A program made the position numbers and the translations under genes. A stretch of 64,000 nucleotides of DNA from an uncultured Bacteroidales bacterium (GTDB lineage Bacteria > Bacteroidota > Bacteroidia > Bacteroidales > UBA932), in contig CALVDQ010000009.1 of NCBI GenBank assembly GCA_944326325.1, positions 37,556 through 101,555 of the forward strand, given 5' to 3'. The notes beneath the pieces were generated by a model. That model was not told the origin of the DNA, made no database searches, and saw only the letters and a list, made by a program, of their open reading frames with translations. Below, piece after piece: positions 57,539 through 64,000 of the stretch; the stretch's first letter is position 1, and each line of letters begins with the position of its first letter.

Positions 57539-59908
57539 ATGGACAACAACAAAGAATTGAATGCTGAGCCGGTACGGACGGCAGAAGAAAATTCCCTGAA
57601 CCTGCGGGATATATGGAACATGATATGGGACAACAAGTGGTGGTATGTTGTCTCTGTGGCCGTGTGCCTGTTCGTGGCCATGATTTACATTTACGTTACG
57701 CCGAAAACCTATGTCAGGACAGCCAAGGTGATCATCAATGAAGAAACCGGGGCCAATGTCATGTCTGACCTTTTGTCCATGACAGGAGGGAACGGGGACG
57801 GTTCCTACAGTTCCAACGCCAATAACGAGGCCGAGGCTTTTGCTTCTCCGGACCTCATGGAAAAGGTGGTGGAGCGCCTTTCCCTCGAGACTTCATACGT
57901 GGAACACCAGGGGATACGGGACGTGGAACTCTACAAGTCAAGCCCGGTGGAGATGACAATCGTCGACACCCTCGTCTCTACGTCATTCTCCTTTCGGGTA
58001 GAACGGACCGGAGAGGAGAGCTTTTTCCTGAAGGACTTTTCCATAGGGGCCGACAGGCTGAAGGATTCGGTGGTGGCAGGGGTCCTTTCCCATCCGGTGT
58101 CCACCCCGGCGGGGACTATCCGTCTGGACCCGACCCTGAACCGCAGCGACTGGGACAAGGACATATATGTGACATGGACGGCTCCGATGTCGCGTGCCAA
58201 GCAGTTCTCGTCCAACCTTACGGTCACCGTGACCGGAAAGAACTCCACGGTACTTGCCCTGACACTTGCCGACCGCTTCATCCCGAGGGCCGAAAGGGTG
58301 CTGAACACTCTTATCGACATATACAACGAGGAGTGGATAACGGACAAGAGCCGGGCCGCAAGGAATACCTCCCAGTTCATCAGCGAGAGGATAAAGGTCA
58401 TAGAAAAGGAGCTTTCGGGCATCGAGACGGACCTGAAGGAATACAAAGAGAGGAACAACCTTACGGATATCAAGGCCGTGGGCCAGGCGTACCTCGAGGA
58501 GCTCGGGGAGTACCAGGCCAAGGATTTTGAAGTCCGCAACCAGCTTTCCATCGCAGGGTACATCAGGGACTACCTCAATGATCCCAAGAACGCATTTTCA
58601 CTTCTCCCGTCCAATTCAGGACTTTCCAACAGCAACGTGGAGAGTCAGATAGACGAATACAACGCGATGTTCCTGCAGCGCGAGACCCTGATTTCCAACA
58701 GTAGCGAGAACAATCCGGTGATTGCGGACATGACCCAGTCCCTGGATGCGATAAGGGCGGCAGTGCTCCGTTCCGTGGAGAACCTGATAGGAACTCTCCA
58801 GCTTCAGGTAGAGCATATCGCCGGCGAGCAGGAAAAACTGCTTTCCGGTATGGCTTCAAGTTCAGGCCAGGAAATGGAGCTGCTTTCCATCGAACGCCAG
58901 CAGCAGGTGAAGCAGTCCCTGTATCTGTACCTTCTCCAGAAAAGGGAAGAGAATGACATTGCGAGTCTGCTGAATGTGGCCAATACGCGCCTTATCGTGA
59001 CTCCGAACGGTTCGATGGCCCCTTCTTCACCGAATACGATGATAATCCTGCTTGCTGCCCTGGTCTTCGGCGTTGCCATACCTTTCGGTGTAGTGTTCGT
59101 TATGCGCAGCATGGACAACACGATAAAGACGCGTGAGGATCTGGCTTCCCTGCACGTTCCTTTCCTTGCGGAGATTCCTGCCGTGAAGAAGACAGGCTGG
59201 AGGGGAATGATACCCGATACCGAAAATACCCTCGGTATAGTGGTGCAAAGCGACAACAGGGACATGGTGAACGAAGCCTTCAGGGTGATGAGGACGAACT
59301 TCGACTTCATGATGGGCAAGGAAGGCAGGCAGAAGGTCGTGCTTTTCTCTTCCTTCAACCCCGGCAGCGGAAAATCCTTCGTTTCCGTCAACCTGGCCGC
59401 GACCCTTGCCTTGAAAAGCTCTTCAGTGATTGTGCTTGACCTTGACCTGAGGAAGGGTACCCTGAGCAAGCGTCTGAACATCGGCGGTCCCGGCCTGTCC
59501 ATGTACCTTTCGGGCAATACCGACGATGTGGATTCAATCATATCGCAGATCTCGGACCACCTGTATGCCATACCTTCCGGGATTCTGCCTCCAAATCCGG
59601 CCGAGCTGCTGCTTTCCGCCAGGTTCGGGAAACTGATAGCCGCCCTCAAGAGCCGGTATGACTATATATTCCTTGACTGTCCTCCTATAGACATAGTTGC
59701 GGATACGGCGATCATTGCATCGGAGGCGGATCTTACCATATTCGTGATACGCTCAGGCCTTACCGACCGCAGGGCGCTTCCTATGGTTGCGGAGATCGTC
59801 AGGAGCGGGGTTTATCCGAGGATGTCCATAGCTCTCAACGGTACGGACTCCAAGTCCAGGAGTTATGGATACGGCCGTTACGGCTACGGTTATGGAAACG
59901 GAAAGTAG
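57539..59908 (+). CDS. wzc: polysaccharide co-polymerase / tyrosine autokinase (Wzc/GumC-like)
   Basis: ORF 57458..59908, with ATG 57539 (MDNNKELN) following the wza stop. Wzz domain with two TM helices, Walker A NPGSGKSF, Walker B FLDCPP, and a Tyr-rich tail SRSYGYGRYGYGYGNGK. Confidence 0.9.
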   Translation: MDNNKELNAEPVRTAEENSLNLRDIWNMIWDNKWWYVVSVAVCLFVAMIYIYVTPKTYVRTAKVIINEETGANVMSDLLSMTGGNGDGSYSSNANNEAEAFASPDLMEKVVERLSLETSYVEHQGIRDVELYKSSPVEMTIVDTLVSTSFSFRVERTGEESFFLKDFSIGADRLKDSVVAGVLSHPVSTPAGTIRLDPTLNRSDWDKDIYVTWTAPMSRAKQFSSNLTVTVTGKNSTVLALTLADRFIPRAERVLNTLIDIYNEEWITDKSRAARNTSQFISERIKVIEKELSGIETDLKEYKERNNLTDIKAVGQAYLEELGEYQAKDFEVRNQLSIAGYIRDYLNDPKNAFSLLPSNSGLSNSNVESQIDEYNAMFLQRETLISNSSENNPVIADMTQSLDAIRAAVLRSVENLIGTLQLQVEHIAGEQEKLLSGMASSSGQEMELLSIERQQQVKQSLYLYLLQKREENDIASLLNVANTRLIVTPNGSMAPSSPNTMIILLAALVFGVAIPFGVVFVMRSMDNTIKTREDLASLHVPFLAEIPAVKKTGWRGMIPDTENTLGIVVQSDNRDMVNEAFRVMRTNFDFMMGKEGRQKVVLFSSFNPGSGKSFVSVNLAATLALKSSSVIVLDLDLRKGTLSKRLNIGGPGLSMYLSGNTDDVDSIISQISDHLYAIPSGILPPNPAELLLSARFGKLIAALKSRYDYIFLDCPPIDIVADTAIIASEADLTIFVIRSGLTDRRALPMVAEIVRSGVYPRMSIALNGTDSKSRSYGYGRYGYGYGNGK

Positions 59909-60431
59909 AAATACCGCCCGCTGGTATCCGGTCAGGGTGACTTATTCACGGGAACTCAAGGTCCGTGAAGTACTGCAGTCTTTAGGTTATGAGTGTTTTG
60001 TGCCCATGACGCTGAAGACGGTGGAAAAGAATGGTGTGAAAATATGCCGGACTGTCCCGGCGGTGAACAACCTGTGTTTCGTGAAGGGGGTGCGGAACTC
60101 CCTTGACGAAGAGTTCGAAAGAAACGGCCTGAGGTCGTTCACCAGCTATATATGGGACAGATCCACCAGGGAGCCTGTCGTGGTCCCTGACAAGGCAATG
60201 GATGATTTCATCAAGATATCGGAATCCAGATACGAGGACATAGTCTATCTTCACGAGGTCAATTCAAAGCTGCGTGAAGGGCGTATGGTACGTGTGAAGT
60301 GCGGCCCTTTCACCGGCATCGTGGGCCGGGTGGTGAGGGTGAAGCGTTCCCGGAGGGTCATGGTCGAGCTTCCTGGGCTTTTTGCCGTTGCAACTGGCTA
60401 TATCCCGGAGGAGGAACTGGAACTTATCTGA
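59892..60431 (+). CDS. UpxY family transcription antiterminator (NusG-like NGN + KOW)
   Basis: ORF 59865..60431, with the likely start at ATG 59892 (METESRNTARWYPVRV). The WYPVRVTYSRELKV..L...GYECFVPM NGN block and a KOW-like region (GRMVRVKCGPFTGIVGRVVRV) are present. It overlaps the wzc 3' end by 17 nt. Confidence 0.85.
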   Translation: METESRNTARWYPVRVTYSRELKVREVLQSLGYECFVPMTLKTVEKNGVKICRTVPAVNNLCFVKGVRNSLDEEFERNGLRSFTSYIWDRSTREPVVVPDKAMDDFIKISESRYEDIVYLHEVNSKLREGRMVRVKCGPFTGIVGRVVRVKRSRRVMVELPGLFAVATGYIPEEELELI

Positions 60432-60631
60432 TGAAGATATAGAATTTGAATTGGGAAGGAAATAACTATGCTATGCCTGTTCTCGCTGCTGGATAGCGCG
60501 GAAATGACAGCCCCAAGGGGTGAAGCATACGACCATGCTGCTCACGGCCTCGATGACCGGGTGTCCCTTGGTCTTGGCTTCTGCGCATGCAGGAAATATT
60601 GAACCGGTAAATCAGAAACAACCTTTAAGTT

Positions 60632-61774
60632 ATGGAATGGGAATTACTGTTGACATTTTTGCTTTTGTCATTCTTTATCTGCATGATATTGACTATTATA
60701 GCCATTCCGCAGATCATCGATATAGCTTTCAAGAAGCAGCTCTTCGACGTACCTGACTACAGGAAAGTCCACACAGGGCAGATACCGCGATTGGGGGGGG
60801 TGACGTTTTTGCCCGGCATCATGATTGCGGTCCTGGCGGTGTTCGGTTTTCTGGCCGAGGCCGGATATGCCGGCGATCTTGCCCGGAATTCTTCTGAAAT
60901 CATGTTCTGTGCGGCAGGTGCCCTGTTCCTCTATATGACTGGTGTGACGGACGACCTCATCGGCCTTTCCTATAAGATAAAGTTCCCTGTCCAGATAATC
61001 TCGGCCATCCTCCTCTGTACCTCAGGGCTGTGGATCGACAATTTCAACGGGGTCCTCGGCATCCACCATATACCTGCCCTTATCGGTATACCGTTTTCGG
61101 TGGTACTTGTTGTCTTGATAATCAATGCCATAAATCTGATCGACGGTATAGATGGACTTGCTTCCGGCCTGTGCATAATGGGGATAACGGTCTTTACGGT
61201 GCTGTTCGTGAAGGTCGGTCTTGCGAACTATGCCATCATAGGTGCGGCGGCCCTCGGAGCCCTTCTGCCGTTCTACGTCTACAATGTCTACGGTACTTCA
61301 GAAAAGCAGACGAAGATCTTCATGGGAGACGCCGGATCCCTTACGATGGGATATATCATATCCGCATTCACCATCAAGGCGGCGACGTTCGCATACCGCT
61401 CCGATCTTCCTGAGGACGAGCGTTCATACTATTTCGTATATGCTTTCGCAATCCTTCTCGTGCCGGTGCTGGATGTCGTGAGGCTCTTTGTCCACAGGAT
61501 CATCCACAAGCGCAGCCCCTTCACCCCGGACAGGTGCCACATCCACCACAAATTCATGGCCCTGGGAATGTCCATAGGTAAGGCCAGGCACACGATCATC
61601 GGGATTTCTTTCGGTCTCTTCATACTGAACATCATCCTGATAAACTATATGAATATTAACATCATGCTTGCTGCCGACATCCTCCTCTGGACTCTGATGC
61701 ACGTGTTCATCAGTCGCAGGATCAAGGCCTTGAAGGCGAAGGATGTCTCTTCGGCGCGGATGTATCATGAATGA
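60632..61774 (+). CDS. wecA: undecaprenyl-phosphate N-acetylhexosamine-1-phosphate transferase (WecA/MraY, GT4 family)
   Basis: 380 aa and about 10-11 TM helices. Contains DVPDYRKVH..PRLGG, NLIDGIDGL and FMGDAGSL motifs. Confidence 0.88.
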   Translation: MEWELLLTFLLLSFFICMILTIIAIPQIIDIAFKKQLFDVPDYRKVHTGQIPRLGGVTFLPGIMIAVLAVFGFLAEAGYAGDLARNSSEIMFCAAGALFLYMTGVTDDLIGLSYKIKFPVQIISAILLCTSGLWIDNFNGVLGIHHIPALIGIPFSVVLVVLIINAINLIDGIDGLASGLCIMGITVFTVLFVKVGLANYAIIGAAALGALLPFYVYNVYGTSEKQTKIFMGDAGSLTMGYIISAFTIKAATFAYRSDLPEDERSYYFVYAFAILLVPVLDVVRLFVHRIIHKRSPFTPDRCHIHHKFMALGMSIGKARHTIIGISFGLFILNIILINYMNINIMLAADILLWTLMHVFISRRIKALKAKDVSSARMYHE

Positions 61775-61808
61775 TAAAGAAAAAACAAGCAAATTAAAAT
61801 AAGAAATT

Positions 61809-63029
61809 ATGATCAATGTAATCGGACTTGGCTACATCGGACTTCCTACGGCTCTGATGATGGCTTCTCATGGTGTTGAAGTAGTCGGTACAGACTATAA
61901 CAAGGAACTGGTCAATACCCTCAATGCGGGGAGGACGACTTTCAAGGAGGACGGTCTCGATGAACTTTTCCAGGCTGCTCTGAAGGCAGGGATAAAATTT
62001 ACGACGGAATATCAGAAAACCGATATATACATCATATCCGTGCCTACCCCTTATGACAAGTTTTCAAAGAAAGTGGATGCCTGCTATGTCGTAGAGGCCG
62101 TAAAGGATGTCATGAACGTATGCCCGAAAGGTGCCACTGTCGTGATCGAATCCACAGTATCTCCAGGGACAATAGATAAATATGTGCGTCCGGTAATCTC
62201 CGGGAAAGGGTTCAAGATAGGTGAGGACATACATCTTGTCCATGCTCCGGAAAGGATAATCCCGGGAAATATGGTGTACGAACTATTGCATAACAACCGC
62301 ACGATCGGTGCAGACAACAGGGAGATAGGGGAGAAGGTGAAGAAATATTACGCATCCTTCTGTCAGGGTGAGATTGTCGTTACGGATATCCGTACTGCAG
62401 AGATGACAAAGGTGGTAGAGAATACTTTCCGCGCAGTCAACATTGCCTTTGCAAACGAATTGTGCAGGATATGCAGGCATGACAATATGGATGTCTACGA
62501 AATCATAAAGATATGCAATATGCATCCTCGCGTGAACATCCTCCAGCCGGGTCCCGGTGTCGGAGGACACTGCATTTCCGTTGACCCGTGGTTCCTGGTA
62601 GGAGATTATCCGAGCCTTGCAAAAGTGATTGACGAATCCATGAAGACCAACGACAGCCAGCCGGACTATGTGCTCAACAGGATCCATGAAATAATGAAGG
62701 AGAACAACATCACGGACAACCGCCGTGTAGGACTTTATGGCCTGACCTACAAGGAGAATGTCGATGACTGCAGGGAGTCTCCTACACTGCAGTTGCTTGA
62801 ATCGCAGGAAAAGCATCTGGCAAGACCTCTGAAAGTCTACGATCCGTTCATTACAAAGGACATCGTCGAGAACCAGTTCCACGACCTCGACACATTCCTG
62901 AATGATGTGGATATGGTCGTGATAATGGTAAAACATGACGAGATCAGGAATAATATGGACAAGCTCATGGGCAAGGTAGTGCTCGACTGCCACAATATAT
63001 GCAGCCTGCCAGGTGTATACCATCTTTAA
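61809..63029 (+). CDS. wecC: UDP-N-acetyl-D-mannosamine dehydrogenase (nucleotide-sugar dehydrogenase family)
   Basis: 406 aa. N-terminal Rossmann VIGLGYIGLP, the catalytic Cys block GVGGHCISVDP, and the C-terminal GLTYKENVDDCRESP. Confidence 0.88.
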   Translation: MINVIGLGYIGLPTALMMASHGVEVVGTDYNKELVNTLNAGRTTFKEDGLDELFQAALKAGIKFTTEYQKTDIYIISVPTPYDKFSKKVDACYVVEAVKDVMNVCPKGATVVIESTVSPGTIDKYVRPVISGKGFKIGEDIHLVHAPERIIPGNMVYELLHNNRTIGADNREIGEKVKKYYASFCQGEIVVTDIRTAEMTKVVENTFRAVNIAFANELCRICRHDNMDVYEIIKICNMHPRVNILQPGPGVGGHCISVDPWFLVGDYPSLAKVIDESMKTNDSQPDYVLNRIHEIMKENNITDNRRVGLYGLTYKENVDDCRESPTLQLLESQEKHLARPLKVYDPFITKDIVENQFHDLDTFLNDVDMVVIMVKHDEIRNNMDKLMGKVVLDCHNICSLPGVYHL

Positions 63030-63039
63030 CAGTTTCAGG

Positions 63040-64000
63040 ATGAAAAAGGTAATGCTCGTCTTCGGAACCCGCCCGGAAGCCATAAAGATGGCCCCGCTGG
63101 TGAAGGAGTTCCAGAAATGGCCCGAGGATTTTGAAACGATAGTGTGCGTGACCGGACAGCACCGCGAGATGCTGGACCAGGTCCTGCACATTTTTGATAT
63201 AAGACCGGACTATGACCTTGACATAATGAAGCAGGGCCAGGACCTGTACGATGTTACGGCACGTGTCCTCACCGGAATGAGGGACGTTCTGAAAAAGGCC
63301 TCTCCGGACATCGTCCTTGTCCACGGGGACACGACAACATCGACGGCGGCTGCGCTTGCCGCCTTTTATCAGCAGATTCCGGTAGGGCACGTGGAGGCCG
63401 GACTCCGCACGCACAACATATACAGTCCGTGGCCGGAGGAAATGAACAGGCAGATAACCGGCAGGATCGCCACTTATCATTTTTCACCTACACCGCTCAG
63501 CAAATCGAACCTTCTGAAAGAAAATGTATCGGAGGACAGGATTACGGTCACAGGCAATACTGTCATTGACGCCCTTTACTGGGTAGTGGACAAGATCAAG
63601 AGCGACAGAAAGCTGGATGCAGACCTTGAGACGATTCTGAAGGATGCCGGATACGATGTCAACAGACTGTCGGACGGGAAGAAGCTTGTCCTTATCACCG
63701 GCCACCGCAGGGAGAATTTCGGGGACGGTTTCATAAATATGTGTACAGCCATCAAGGATCTCTCACATAAGTATCCGGACGTGGACTTTGTCTATCCGAT
63801 GCACCTGAACCCCAACGTCAGAAAACCGATCCATGAGGTTTTCGGAGAAGATCTCGGCAATCTCGGGAACATGTTCTTCATCGAACCGCTGGAGTATCTG
63901 AGTTTCGTGTATCTGATGGAAAAGTCAACTATAGTCCTGACAGACAGCGGCGGAATCCAGGAGGAGGCTCCCGGGCTCGGAAAACCTGTGCTGGTTATGA
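63040..64000 (+). CDS. wecB: UDP-N-acetylglucosamine 2-epimerase (non-hydrolysing), 3' end outside the window
   Basis: Not in the ORF track because no stop occurs before the window end. Translation from ATG 63040 gives MKKVMLVFGTRPEAIKMAPLV..., then HGDTTTS, HVEAGLRT and later LTDSGGIQEEAPGLGKPVLVM, all classic WecB blocks. Confidence 0.92.
   Translation, partial: MKKVMLVFGTRPEAIKMAPLVKEFQKWPEDFETIVCVTGQHREMLDQVLHIFDIRPDYDLDIMKQGQDLYDVTARVLTGMRDVLKKASPDIVLVHGDTTTSTAAALAAFYQQIPVGHVEAGLRTHNIYSPWPEEMNRQITGRIATYHFSPTPLSKSNLLKENVSEDRITVTGNTVIDALYWVVDKIKSDRKLDADLETILKDAGYDVNRLSDGKKLVLITGHRRENFGDGFINMCTAIKDLSHKYPDVDFVYPMHLNPNVRKPIHEVFGEDLGNLGNMFFIEPLEYLSFVYLMEKSTIVLTDSGGIQEEAPGLGKPVLVM

Noticed and set aside
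60520-60756. 78-aa ORF downstream of upxY, considered as a possible UpxZ-like inhibitor
   Set aside because: It starts at a non-ATG codon, runs into wecA in a different frame, and shows no resemblance to anything I recognise. The wecA start at 60632 fits the family N-terminus.
1-64000. Scan for tRNA/rRNA genes, CRISPR repeats, IS elements, integrases or phage genes
   Set aside because: No intergenic region is long enough, or has the appearance of one of these elements. I saw no regularly spaced repeats and no transposase- or integrase-like ORF in the six-frame track. This was inspection by eye only; tRNAscan or Infernal would be needed to exclude small RNAs.

Overview
This 64 kb window looks like core chromosome from a Bacteroidales-type bacterium. 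That assignment is an inference from three things: repeated TAnnTTTG -7 promoter boxes 20-30 nt upstream of start codons, an UpxY-family antiterminator, and Bacteroidetes-style LptD, Rho and lipoprotein genes. GC content looks mid-50s % by eye; I did not compute it. I call 47 protein-coding genes, and two of them are cut by the window edges.

The gene content, in order:
- A 7TM-HD (PgpH-like) hydrolase, then tig-clpP-clpX.
- A PCMD-like lipoprotein, an M20 dipeptidase and pyrF.
- A DPP4-MATE-AraC string on the minus strand.
- A choloylglycine-hydrolase-family gene directly upstream of a compact lipoate-ligase + gcvT-gcvH-gcvPA-gcvPB + lpdA cluster.
- A tlpA-like/AI-2E/UDG-family string, then topoisomerase III.
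- rho, which carries a long low-complexity insertion and overlaps a MATE pump gene.
- lptD-like, an amidase-SPOR gene, mlaD, dnaA, pepD, rpe and carAB, then tsaC.
- A fimbrillin-like/Asp-box fusion lipoprotein next to a solitary D12-class adenine methyltransferase.
- Two lipid-synthesis genes, a DEAD-box helicase, an SLC13 permease, a GH13 enzyme and a PF14907-like nucleotidyltransferase.
- The start of an exopolysaccharide locus: wza-wzc-upxY-wecA-wecC-wecB.

I saw no rRNA, tRNA, CRISPR array, transposase, integrase or obvious prophage or defence island. I did not find a clear-cut novel multi-gene system.

The observations most worth a second look are:
- the bile-salt-hydrolase-like gene joined to the glycine-cleavage cluster;
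- the adhesin-like fusion lipoprotein together with the orphan methylase;
- a G8 tract inside the initiating glycosyltransferase gene;
- the Q-rich Rho insertion;
- a structured 270-nt gap between convergent genes that may encode a small RNA or a 37-codon ORF.

The many long antisense ORFs in the track mirror real genes and I rejected them.
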